Positions 23,191 to 34,565 of a stretch of DNA of 37,961 nucleotides are shown in pieces (position 1 is the stretch's first letter; each line of letters starts with the position of its first letter). The notes below the pieces were generated by a model that did no database searches, was not told the DNA's origin, and worked only from the letters and a program-made list of their open reading frames with translations. Position numbers and translations under genes: made by a program. This DNA is from Phoronis australis (Eukaryota > Animalia > Phoronida). The DNA is taken from positions 370,464 through 408,424 of the forward strand of contig NMRA01000092.1 of the NCBI GenBank assembly GCA_002633005.1, read 5' to 3'.

Positions 23191-23662
23191 CTATTTCGGG
23201 TTTCAAATCGCGCCATAATACTGCCAGACACAGAGAATTCTACACGAGTTTCAGGTTTATAACATGGGCAAAACCTCTTGAAAATTGCGTCAAAATCCCG
23301 ATGCTATGCCTATGTAATATTGTGTGCATTATGAATCGCGTCTGAAAGCAAATATGGAACACGCGCTCATAAACATGCTTGTAGACACTGAACGCGTGAG
23401 TTATGCATATGTTGGTAGAGAGAGGATTATGGTAAACTCATTACTATTTTCTGCTTAGGCGAAGTAGGCCTACATTCTCAGGAACATTTTCAAACGAACT
23501 AAGTTACCTGTCATGATCATAAACCGAGATGCACACAAGCAATGGTGGTGAAATACTCCCTTAATATTGAGATTTTCGATAGTGGCCGCCCTGTATGTAA
23601 ACGTTAGCTTTATAAGTAGTTTCTACATAAGCAGCACAAACACTAGACTACGTTTTACAGTG

Positions 23663-23734
23663 ATGAGTAGTTCACACGGCAACGAGTCGTTCCCGCAAGA
23701 GGACTTGGTAGAGGAGGTGAAAGAGGCGCGTTGG
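23663..23734 (+). CDS. pLGIC putative first coding exon (MSSSHGNESFPQEDLVEEVKEARW)
   Basis: Acceptor ttttacag at 23660, ATG 2 nt later, donor TGG|GTAAGA in phase 0. No family motif in this exon. Confidence 0.55.
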
Positions 23735-26700
23735 GTAAGAGCGATAAATCTTACTCCTAAAGATATTCTATGAACGCATAGCTATGTCTATGACGCCTTC
23801 AGGGGACGTGAGTGTCTTTCATCCATTTAGTATATGCTGATATGATAGCAATCTTTTCGGCAAATTTAGTATTTGGTGTCTCAAACCTAATACGTCAATG
23901 ATTTTACAGGTCTCGCTGGTTCCATGCGTGCCGCAAGGTGGGGCGGTAGCCGCGCCAGCACGCAGGTATCACTTAAATTTTCTCGGGAATTTTTTTTACA
24001 CTAGCGTTTATGATTGGCTAGTCGAATTCTGAGGAGGTAGCGCTTTACGCAAACAAACTGGCAAGACTGATGGACTGAAGTGTAAATGTGGTCTGTTAGA
24101 CAAATCAGTGCTTAAAATTTATGTTCAGGAAATGTGAAGCCTAGAAATTGTGATTGCGCCTTTTCGGAATGCAGCTTTCTACTGTCGATGACTTTTGTTT
24201 ACGCTAGTGTCCTGTATTCATACAGTATGTATAACACAACGGTTAAATCGGCCAGATATGTGTTTATTGTACATGTGTGTGCTTCAAGCACGCGTCTCAT
24301 TCTTAACTCATTGCAGAAACGAAATAGTTGCTGCGACGCCACTTGCGTGACAAGGCTAAAAATCGTCCAAAGTCCGCCATTTTTTCACGGTGTTGTAAAG
24401 CTAACCAATGACGGCCGAGGTTACATCGACCAATGCTAAAGCGCGTGCCACTGCGTGATACCTGCGTGCTGGCTGGGCTAAGCACGCAGGGAACCAGCGA
24501 GTTTACAGGTCTGTCTCACCGGCCAACATGAAGACTACTGAGACAGCCCGCTAGCTGTATGAAAACTAACGTCCAATATTAACCTACATACATCGAAATT
24601 ACGATATATTAAAGAAATTTATATGCCGAAGTGATACGTTGAATGAAACTGCACGGAAATCGAGCCCTTCAAAAGAAAACTTAATCACTAGAAGATTTGA
24701 CGTTTTACTTCGCTTTAGTTGTCACTTCGCCATTTCCATTTCTCACCTACTGGTGAACTCGTGAACTATGATAGGCACATGACCTTTTGGCTGGTATTCG
24801 GGACACAACATTACCTTATGAGGTCAAAACTGNTCCAAAGCAATCCCGTCATTATTGCCAACACGAAAAACGGATTTGGTCTTTTGGGCATTTGAAGACT
24901 ATTTTAAATACGACAAATTTGTTAAGAATCGATGGCATAAAACGTGTAATAAGCATTACAAAAAGAAATAGGTTTCGCAAACCCCCCTCCCGACCTCCCC
25001 CCATTCGGTGCTATGCGCATCTACAATCGTGGTTCAGTTTGCGCAAATGTTTACAGCCGGACAAAATGTTGGGCCCCCCCTTGTGATATCCTAGATCCGC
25101 CACTGAAAGATAAAGGCGCCGGTATCCCGTTTTTAGAGCTACGGGAACACTTTTCCTTTTAGAACTACGGTGAAAGGTCCATAACAACTTGCCTGAACAA
25201 AAGTGTACGAATTGCATGAATATTTTGAAGCATTTGAACAGAATGTGGTTAGTGGGGATCAACTACTAACGACCTTCTTCAAAAAGATTTGTTTTGAAAG
25301 TGCGTAATATAGAGTAATACATTGTTATCTCTCGTGATTGCAGAAACTAACTAAAAACACCGGAGCTCTGGTAAGTATTCGTGGAAACGATGTTTTCAAC
25401 TGAATTCTTTATGAAACGTCCCGATCACCATACGGGAGTTATCAGATGTACTCTCGGGGATATCTCATTGAGTGGTCGTATATCTTTGCCGCGACCTCTA
25501 CCGATTAATTAGCTGAAGCTTCGCTCGGTGCTTTCCCACTGCACCGAAGTTTCCTTGAGTACCGAAGCTTCGGTTTTAAATATTACTATTTTCAGCGAAG
25601 CTTCGCATGCGGTTTAACTACGGGAGTTAACCTTTTCCCACTTACCGAAACTTTGTTCAAAGCGAAAGTTCGTCTCTAATTGGAAAGCACTGCTTGTTTT
25701 CTGCACTCTTCTCCGTCCATTATGCTTTGGGAATTACTTTTAAACTGTACTAATTTGGCAAGATGAACGATTTAAAAGTACCACTTTTATTGATGAAAAT
25801 AAGGTTCATAAATGTTTCTGTAACTTTATCGCAAACTACATGTGCACTTATTTGAATAGCTAAGTGCGCGGCGTGTGCGTGTACGTGTGCGTGCGTGCGT
25901 GTACGTGTGTGCGCGATTTATGGTCAATAACGTTATCTATTGTATTTACTTACATTCAAGAAAAAGATCTTTCACAAAAATGTTTTGCAGCAAGTAACCG
26001 AAATGACATGGAAGACAATGGGTGTTTTCCTTTCAGACACGAGTGAAGGTGAGGATCGAGTTCTCAAAAATTATCGACATAAACTGCAAAACGAACCAGT
26101 TCTGTGGCGACATCATGATTGAAGCTAGCTGGTTGGAGCCAGTACTGAGATACAGAAGCGAAGAGGTTCGTACTTCAACCTGCCTGTTGCCATATTACTT
26201 ATATAGCCTCCATGGCAACAGAAGTTGACGTAGAGGGTTCACGCACCATACGTTCACAAAAGTCACGAAAACGGGAAACGAGGCTGTTTTTTGCGAATTT
26301 GGTGGGATCAGGCAATTTTTAGCGATATATTACCATTACAGACGGGCCCTTCCAGCCACTCTACCACTTCTTGCACAGTCACTGGTAGCAAATCAATTTT
26401 TAATTTAGCCATTTTCTGTTTTAAAAACCAGTCTGGTTTTGTTTTCTTTCTCAGGTTGAAAATGATTTCTGGGGTTTATAAGATCAGGCCTAGAGTTCCT
26501 TGCCACGGTGGGTTTATTTCAGTCACCGAGGCAGTACGAAACAAAGAGTAAAAACTTTTTAACGTTGCTTTGCAAATATTTATGGGAACTTGAGAAAGCT
26601 CCACGAAATAATGAATCAACAGGGCACACAAATAGATGTGTCTTATCGTGTAACATTAAGCGAGTGCCATGAGCCATGGGGAAGTTAAGTATGCCTAAAT

Positions 26701-29700
26701 AACTTGAAATTTTTCTGAGTTGTTAGAGACATAATGGCTGCACTTGATCGACTTTATCGATTTCGCCAGGTCAATGGACTAAGATATCTGATTGGCTTAA
26801 AATCCGCAAGTCGTCATCGAGAACCAATAAGATGTCTTAGCCTTTTGACCCGGGAAACCTACGCCGTCCATTTAGTTGTACCAGTATTATTCCAATGGTA
26901 TTGTGTTTGAGCCTGCCTGGCGAAACTTTTGTGGCACACGGAGGCAATTCAGTACAACTGAAACATAACGGAAGCTTATCTATCTCTAACTCTATTGAAA
27001 CTGAGAGGAATAGTAAAGGAATTTCAAGTGTTTAGCTTGGCTCTTGACCGGACGATATGTGCCGCATTCTTTCTTACGCATATTTTTTTCGGAAACCAGT
27101 GGATTAAATTAGCTTTCAAGCCCCGTTTTTCAAAATGTTAATGAAACTTTATGAACTTTATTGAGAAATACACACATCTGGTAATGTATGAAGTGCTTAT
27201 AAATTATTAACCATTTTTTAATTTAGGAATTGACAGCTTTAGAAGAGAGATACGGTGAGATCTGGCATCCTCGATTGGTAATTCTAAATCTTGACAGAGC
27301 ACCTCAAACCGATGAGGTTTGGTATGAAATCGATTCATCGTCACAAATGACGCCAATCGTCACCCAAAAACGAAGACTGACGGCGGGAGTGTTCTATTTG
27401 AAGTTGAAGTTTCACTTATTTCCATTTGACTACCAGGTTTGTCAGTTTCAGTCTGATAAATATATTCAATACATGTATAGGAGACTAAGCCAGTGCTGGA
27501 TCTAAATTTTAGGGTGTCTTAAGTTTGAATGAGCCCCCTCTCAACAAGGAACAGTTGCGCAATAACATAGTCTGTCAAATTCACCTCCGGTATAACCCCT
27601 CTCCAGCCGACCGCCACCCTCTACTAGCATCGCCGCACCGACACTCGCCACCCCAGACGGACAACGCTACATATTACAGTCAATGCCAATGAATTTATAC
27701 TTATTTCAAAGTCCTATTTTGTGCACTACTTTTGACCACCATGTTGTGGGGTGTTGCAATTAAACTGGGACCTCAATTTCTAGTAGGAGCCTTACACAAC
27801 AACCCAACCTCGCCGACCAATATCATACCAATGGCTGCCATTTTGCGTACTTGCGAAACACTCGCCTTTCGCTCGCGTGATTTTGCGAGGCCTTGTGAAA
27901 TCTTGCTTTTCTCCCAAGAAACTTAGTCTATAGAACACTGTCCAGGTTACGATGAAATGATCGCTTACTTGCAGACAATAAGAAGTCATGTCGTTGCTTT
28001 TGATTTTGCTTCAGTTCTTTGTACGACTATTTCGCCAGCTCAGCTTTAAATTATGGATATCTTCAGGACATTGTTGTAAAGATGGTGTCGGAACTCTCAG
28101 CACGAGAAGTGTTACTGGACACCTCTTCAGATAGTCTGAGTGGGAAACGGAGCTCTGTGTCTTCTGAAGGGTTTCGTGATTTGGATGAATTCGCCTTGTT
28201 TGACACAGTGCGTGCTGAGGTAAATTTTAATTCGTTTCGCTAAAAGCTCCATTAAACTTCAACGAGCTCGAAAACAAACAAAACCATTCATACAATCAAA
28301 AATCCCAACGAATAACTAAACGACAGGATGGCGGGAAGACAACGAATAACAACGAATTCAAAGAGACTACCTAATTAACTTGCATTCTCTAGGCCAATTC
28401 GTCAAAGTGTGACGGCTCCTCATTTCATTAGCATTTCGACCGGTTTAGCTGACTAACAACAAAAGGCTGGCACACTGGGATATGTGTTCGATTCCTGTAC
28501 TCAAAGTCGTGGGTTAGAGTCCCACTAGGACACATTGATTAGGCCCTTGAGTCAGGTCTCAAGCTCCTGAGATCGGGTTTAACTATTTATTAAAATTTAT
28601 TATTATTATTTATTATGTACCGAGTAATATATCAGAGATACGTCGCGTCCCAAACTCGTTACCAAAGATGGAAGGAGACCGAGGTAGGTGATGTATAAGG
28701 TCATTCATTTTCACGAAATACACTTGCAAGGAACAGGTAGACAATACAAAATAAGATGGGCAATAAAAAGCGCCGACCACATGGGGGTAGGAGGAAATTC
28801 CGAAATGGCGGAAGTAGAGGATTTGTAAAAATGGATTAGGACGTACGTCGAAGTGGCCGTCTCAAAGAAGTTGAACTGAAATCCGACATTGGATAACAAA
28901 GAAAATACCTAAGGCAAATGTCAATCATAGCCTATAAGAACGAAGAGCTTACCAAACTCAAGGCACGTGATAACCATAGTCCAATGAGAAGGCTGGGAAA
29001 GCGACGTGTAATAATCCTGCACAAAGGAATTTGTGAACTAGTCCGAAACGAAAAAAAGAGGAAAGGAGTAAGACCGATCCATATGCTCACATAAATTTAT
29101 TTAACGAGTGAAATAACATTGATGATCGTCATATGTCCCGAGAAATATATAAGTAATACGTGCGTCGCAAGCTCGTTACCAGAGATGAAAGTAGACTGAG
29201 GTAGGCTAAATAAGGTCATTTATTATGACGAAATACGATTACAAGGAATAAATAAATAATACAAAATAAGTAAATGAAAAATAATGATCTCTGGTGAGAT
29301 GGACAATAAAAAGCGCCACAAGAGACGTTGTAGACACATTTATTTAATTAAAGTATAAAAATACTTCCATGTGATCAGTGCAATAGCGGGCCCACCTGAA
29401 CGGACTACGCACGCCTGGTACAAAGTGTACGAGACCGCTTGCAATCAAATACTTTACACTGCCATGAAATGGTCTCATACTACTCCTTACCGTGATAGAA
29501 TTTCATAATTTCATTTTTGTTGATAACCAGAACAGCTGTCACTCAAGAAAACGCATCAGAATTTATTGGGACTGGCCAGCCCTGAGATTACGATTTCGAA
29601 AACGGCTCATGCATGCATTGCCTTTGACTTGAGGTGGTGACGGAAATAGAATCCTAACACGATAAAGAATATTGTGAGAGCAATTTAAAGGGGGTTAATT

Positions 29701-32700
29701 ACCTAATTCGAGGCTCGTTTTTAGCTAGCTAAATAAGGCGAAACGCAGCTTTAAATAGCCTTAATAAACCAATGGACGCAAGAAACAACAAAAAAATGAA
29801 TGGAATGACAAACATTTTTCTGAGCCTCACTGTACAGTCATACTGACATTAAAACGATTATAGTAATTATCACACACAACGTAAAGCTGGGCAAACAAAT
29901 CCTACTACAACACCATAAGTTGTACACAGGGGAAAGGAAGCATTGACAAACACCTGGCAAGACAAATGTTACGTTACCAAAGATTCGACTTCAGTGGTCT
30001 TTAGTTTAGAGAAGGAGGTTGACGTTTGTTAGAACTAAAAAATAAATTTGATGAAGGAGAGCATCTCATAAAGAGGTGAAAGGGGTACAATAATCACCAG
30101 TGTTGCTGGAGTACAGACCTGGATGTAGTTTCTTGAACAAATCAGTGGTGACATTCAGAAGAAAAGGAAATTGTATGTGCCAACCATTCATGTTGAGCGC
30201 GAGTTGGTTGCTAAACGCTTTGGACAAGAATTACAAATGATAAAGTTGCATTGTTGGTCAAAAGTGTCGATCTAATTGCAACACGTTTTTTCTTAGCTGA
30301 GGGCGCACGAGGTATACGGAGAGAGTTATGAGACCCAACCGATCACAGCCCCAACTGAGTGTAAGGCTCTTAAGAAAAGGCTCTTATCTTTAGACAAGAT
30401 CAAACGACTGAGAAAGTACGAAGTCAGGTTCACGTGCTTCGTGTCAAGAAATCATGCGTTCTGGATTACGAACACTTTCAGCGTCTTGGTACGTTACCCA
30501 TGAATGCACACAAACATTCCAAGACCAACGGCGAAGGTTTATCAATAAACTTCTAATACATCAATGAATTGTGTACGATAGTACCGGTATTCGAGAATTA
30601 TGTCAGACACAGGGTGCTCCGTCGAAATTGGAATCCTGGTGTGAAACAGGTATTCCGGAATCGAAAAGACATTCTCCTGTACCTTCAAAGCAGCTAAACA
30701 CGAACTCCGACCCTTAAAGCGCGAACCCCGGGGATCGGATTGGAAACCCGGACAATTTTTCAAATTTTCTGAGACGATGTCAGTAGCCTGAAACTTTGAG
30801 TTAAAACGTCTTCAAGTACTTTTCAGTTGTTTTCTGCATTTTTTATGAAAATTTGTCAATAATAAACCGTAACTCATATTGTATTTACTTTGTTATTTGA
30901 TTTTATATTATCGGTAAAACTCGTGCAACTTCTCTGTGAGCAAATTTCAACATAATCTACTCTCAACACGTTGTCGACCAGTTTTAAAGCAAATTCTAAG
31001 CACTTATATCGAACAAGGAAAATTCCAATCCTACAATATCTATAAAAAAATCCACATATGCTTCTTCCAAAATATTTATAAAGGCAGCTGAAAAGTCTCG
31101 AAGAATCCGGAAAATCGTCCACCACACGAGCAGCCATTTCTTTTTGTTCAATCTGTTGACTACACTGTACACGTTCGCGAGTAAAACAGGTTCTTAAGAA
31201 TCAACACTTTTTTACTAGAGGTTTGTCATAAGTTGTATAAAATTCTCATATAGTAAAACAACATATCACAACTTTTTAAAATAGGAAGATTTATTTTTTA
31301 TTAAAATGTGAAAATGATACAAGTCGTATGAACAAAAAGCACTTGAAAGGTACTAAGGTACAATTTTCCTGAGATTTAAATGTTTGACAGAAAATGCGTG
31401 AGTGGTGTTTTGGTCCCCGAGTGTCCTGTTCGATCCCAGAGGTTCTTCTTTTACAGGTCGGGGTTCGTATTTTTCGGGCTGGTTTGGTGTTTTGAAGGTG
31501 CGGGAGTCTGTTTTCGACTCGGGCGTTCCAATTTAGATGGAACACCACGAGACATAAACTATTCTATATCATGCATTATTAATTATGTCGAATGTAAGTC
31601 TCATTTATGTCAGACATAACTCGCATTGACGTCAGAAATAAGTACGATTTTTGTCACACATAAGTCGGATTTACGTCAGACATAAATCGGAATTATGTCG
31701 CACTGCGCCAACCGTAAATGTTATAGCTACAGGAATATGGGCATGACATACCTCAGTAATTGATAGAAAATGGTTGATTTAGTGGAGGAAAAAGTATGGC
31801 ATACGAGTGATTTACGCCAAAGTTGTTTGCGGAGGTGGGGCTTGGTGGAGTAGGTGATTTGTTGAACAAGACTGTAGATGACCGGGTAAATAGTAAATGG
31901 GTGGCGCGGCTACCGTGCGGGGGACCTCTTCCATTGTCTATGCATCAGTACAAAAAGTTAAATTACTTTTGGCTATTGCCATGCCTCTCATGTTAGTCAG
32001 TGCTTGATATGTAACGGCGCCAATTGCTCAGAATAGATCCCTGAACTTTTACCTGTAGTAGTCTCGCGCAATGAAGTTTGTCTCGCGCAATGAGATTAGC
32101 TCGTGTATCTCTCTAAGTCACGCTAAAGTGACAAAACTGTTACAGAATAATGCATTTTTTCCCTCTTTAAACAGGTATATGTTACGCCACCTAAGATTTA
32201 GGTAGGGAACCGGCCAGAGGTGATTATTTGTGTGATAGTTGACTTCGGGAAAGTCCTTTTGCCAGGAATTGCTGGATAACTGAGGCAAAGGACAGTTATT
32301 TCCATAAAAAATAAGTGTTACCGGGCGCCTCCAAAATTTCAAAATCGGTCCACATTTCGAGACTTCATTTGGCTGTGTCATGGCCTGCGTGAACTGGTTT
32401 TAATCGCTATCTGGGCGGTTGTTGTGACATATTGTCGCACTCGACACATATTGTAGCCTGGACGACATTGTATGTCGAGTGCGACATGATATACCATTAA
32501 CATTGACACATATCGTCGCCCGAGCGACAGCAGGTGTCGACGTTTATGGCATGTATTGTCACCCGAGCTACAATATGTGTCGAGTAGACAATGTAGGCTA
32601 TATCGCAACGATGGGTAGGCTCTTGTGCGAGGTATCTTTTGTAAAGTGAGAGTTGCAGTAGGCTTGTTGTGAATGATGGTGGAAGGCCTACCAAAAGCGT

Positions 32701-34565
32701 GCTACTTGTCTCTGAAGGCTTCGTTCATCTCAGTTTTAATAATACTAAGCTCCAACTACTTTGCAGATCCTAATCCATCTATTATCCTTCGCGCCGTTCG
32801 CCTTTGACGCCACGAATACCACAGGTCGAATGGGCGTCATAAACACTCTGTTACTCACTACTGTAGCAAAGAAGTTGTCGCTGAGAGAATGGATTCCATG
32901 TATATCTTATATGACTTGCCTGGTACGCGCACTTGTCGTTTAAAGGTATTTACAGTGTCAGTTAAAAGAAAATAAGCAAAAAGGCGATTGTTTTGAAGTT
33001 TTTAGAGCGCCAGTTCTACCATCTGCTTTTACTGAATGGTTTATGTTAATTTGCAATGCTAAAGTCCCCCGTGAGGTCATTTTTGAGGTCATGATATGCA
33101 AAATGAAATGTGACAACTTTGCGAAGGTGTATCCGATCGCGGGATTAATCACCATTAGATCTACGAATCAACTGTGCAAAACTTTGAACGTCATCGTTCG
33201 CAAAAACCTAGAAAGCTTGCTCCCCGTTCCGTAGACTCAGGGCACCCTCGCAAGAAAGTTTAATCACGCTTTTCATACATGGCGATATCTCGCGAAAACC
33301 TACATTATCTTGTGTTTGGGCGATTGCCTTGCATCTAAGTTACGCAGCCTTGGTTTCACCCACCAACAAAGTGATGTCGCTCTACAAAATTAAGCTCATC
33401 CAAAAAAGCAGTCTATGCATGTGTTAGCTTATCAGTGACGTTTATATTGTCTTGTTCAGGCGACACGTAGTAGACCTAGTTTCTTGGGCGTGAAAGTAAG
33501 AACTCGCAAGACTTCGCGAGCGAGATATCGCCACATATTGCAAGAGAAGCACGTGATCACGCTAGCTTCCTTAGTGAGATTCTTGTTCTACGAAACTCTA
33601 CCAGGGTCAACAAAGGCTAAAAACAATAGGGCGCTGTGTGGGACTTTATAAATTTGGTTGGCAGTGGGGCGCCGGACGCACGACACTAGCGAGACACTTG
33701 AGGCGTGAAATTTTTGCATGGAATGGGAACAGTGAACTATCACCCACAATTCAATATTCCAGTGACCAATCGCTTCAGTGACCATCATTTTTGTAGTGTG
33801 CGCAAATGAGATCCCGAGCGTAGTTGCGAAACGTAGCCTTTCACTTGTGTGACTTTTAACTTTGTGTGACCTTGCGCAATCATGCCTTTTCGTTGCTGTC
33901 ATTGAGTCAAAAGCACAAATTACTCAACCGAAAGAAAAAATATATGAAGGTGATGCTTTATGGTTAAAGTAATAATTCACGAACTTGACCAGATAAATTT
34001 TGCGGTGAAGAAACGAGTTACATAAAGAAGTGCAATTCTCTATGCCAGCACGAGACGTTCGTGAACGAACTCTCTTCATTTCTACACACCTGCTACTTCT
34101 CTTCACTTTTGGCCGGTTCTCATCCCTCTGTTTTGTGCTTTTTATTGCCCATCTTTCCAGAGATTATAACATTTTTTATCTATCAAATTTAATTTTCATT
34201 CTTATTCTTTGTGCTTATATTCTGTCACAATAAATGTCCTTATTTCACCAACCTCGGATTTCATTTTATGTCTGGAAACGAACTTGTGACGCGCGTTTTT
34301 GTACTCGATAGGCATGTCAATCATAAATAAACTTGGTCAATTTCATTAATTTCAGGGTTTTTCCTTTCAGGATCGGTACATCTTATCTGTGATTGGATTT
34401 CTGACGTTGCAATCAACACACTTTGTTATCCAGTCAAATTATGTCAAAATCGGAGACAAAAACTCAATCAACATTATCAACAAGATGGATCTCTACGTTG
34501 GCATGTCTCTTCTTGGCATACTAATTCTCTTCAATGTCGTATTTTTCATCGTCATAGCGTACAGA
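23663..34565 (+). CDS. Cys-less pentameric ligand-gated ion channel subunit (spliced, at least 378 aa): join 23663-23734, 25344-25370, 26037-26165, 27227-27436, 28067-28219, 30297-30488, 32767-32922, 34371-34565
   Basis: All junctions are GT-AG and in frame. pLGIC motifs appear in order: VKVRIEFSKIIDIN, F.....ASWLEP, WHPRLVILN (loop A), FHLFPFDYQ (Pro-loop, no Cys pair), pre-M1 R..FWITN, M2 GRMGVINTLLLTTVA, PCISYMTCLDRY (M2-M3/M3), short M3-M4 linker and M4. The first two exons and the 3' end are less certain. Confidence 0.9.
23912..24501. mobile_element. Non-autonomous DNA transposon (590 bp) with 9-bp TSD, Mutator-like, in a pLGIC intron
   Basis: TIRs CTCGCTGGTTCCATGCGTGC / GCACGCAGGGAACCAGCGAG, plus inner arms GCCAGCACGCAGGTATCAC / GTGATACCTGCGTGCTGGC. 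Perfect TSD TTTACAGGT at 23903-23911 and 24502-24510. Confidence 0.88.
25344..25370 (+). CDS. pLGIC putative 27-nt micro-exon (KLTKNTGAL)
   Basis: ttgcag| ... CTG|GTAAGT consensus splice sites, phase 0-0, no stop codon. Confidence 0.5.
25505..25690. mobile_element. MITE-like element with repeated CGAAGCTTCG palindromes
   Basis: GTGCTTTCC ... GGAAAGCAC ends and several cgaagcttcg variants. Confidence 0.5.
25865..25915. repeat. (GT/GC)n purine-pyrimidine microsatellite
   Basis: gtgtgcgtgtacgtgtgcgtgcgtgcgtgtacgtgtgtgcgcg. Confidence 0.85.
26037..26165 (+). CDS. pLGIC exon (beta1-beta2; TRVKVRIEF...WLEPVLRYRSEE)
   Basis: ttttcctttcag acceptor, GAG|GT donor, 43 codons. Confidence 0.88.
26761..26857. 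repeat. Short hairpin or MITE
   Basis: ggtcaatggactaagatatctgattgg pairs with ccaataagatgtcttagccttttgacc. Confidence 0.65.
27227..27436 (+). CDS. pLGIC exon (loop A to Pro-loop; WHPRLVILN...FPFDYQ)
   Basis: atttag acceptor, CAG|GT donor, 70 codons. Confidence 0.92.
28067..28219 (+). CDS. pLGIC exon (beta7-beta9; DIVVKMVSE...FRDLDEFALFDTVRAE)
   Basis: cttcag acceptor, GAG|GTAAAT donor, 51 codons. Confidence 0.88.
28440..28615 (+). mobile_element. Degenerate tRNA-derived SINE-like sequence
   Basis: B-box-like gtcgtgggttagagtcccact, followed by gcccttgagtcagg and a (TTA)n tail. Confidence 0.35.
28616..29320. repeat. Two diverged direct copies (28616, 29134) of an LTR-like repeat
   Basis: Both start TGT(A/C)CCGAG and share ctcgttacca.agatg, gaggtagg, taaggtcatt, aatacaaaataag and caataaaaagcgcc. 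Confidence 0.65.
30297..30488 (+). CDS. pLGIC exon (extended loop C, beta10, start of M1); absent from the ORF track
   Basis: ttttttcttag acceptor, TTG|GTACGT donor, 64 open codons: LRAHEVYGESYETQPITAPTECKALKKRLLSLDKIKRLRKYEVRFTCFVSRNHAFWITNTFSVL. Confidence 0.88.
30594..31566. mobile_element. Non-autonomous element of about 970 bp with long (roughly 170-200 bp) diverged TIRs
   Basis: About 30600-30760 matches the reverse complement of about 31410-31556 (aaattggaa, tcgaaaa, accttcaaa, acgaac.ccgacc, gggatcg). Confidence 0.65.
31580..31705. repeat. Minisatellite of about 22 bp with palindromic core TTATGTCAGACATAA, about 6 units
   Basis: ttatgtcgaatgtaa, ttatgtcagacataa, tgacgtcagaaataa, tttgtcacacataa, ttacgtcagacataa, ttatgtcgcac. 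Confidence 0.75.
32420..32612. mobile_element. Palindromic MITE with internal repeats
   Basis: actcgacacatattgtagc ... gctacaatatgtgtcgagt, plus internal tgtcg/cgaca units. Confidence 0.65.
32767..32922 (+). CDS. pLGIC exon (M1 end, M2, M2-M3 loop)
   Basis: ttgcag acceptor, CTG|GTACGC donor, 52 codons ILIHLLSFAPF...PCISYMTCL. Confidence 0.92.
33225..33600. mobile_element. Diverged MITE with inverted arms
   Basis: tggcgatatctcgc ... gcgagatatcgcca, atcacg ... cgtgat and cgtaga ... tctacg. Confidence 0.5.
34130..34310 (-). repeat. Third, inverted copy of the 28616/29134 LTR-like repeat
   Basis: The reverse complement reads cgcgtcacaagttcgtttccaga..ccgaggttggtgaaataaggacatttatt..atctctggaaagatgggcaataaaaagc. 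Confidence 0.65.
34371..34565 (+). CDS. pLGIC exon (M3, short linker, M4)
   Basis: ttcctttcag acceptor, 65 codons DRYILSVIGF...FFIVIAYR, then GTAAGT. Read-through would add VSSM* and end at 34580. Confidence 0.9.

Noticed and set aside
28480-28530. tRNA gene
   Set aside because: Only B-box-like words are present and no cloverleaf could be built; treated as a SINE remnant.
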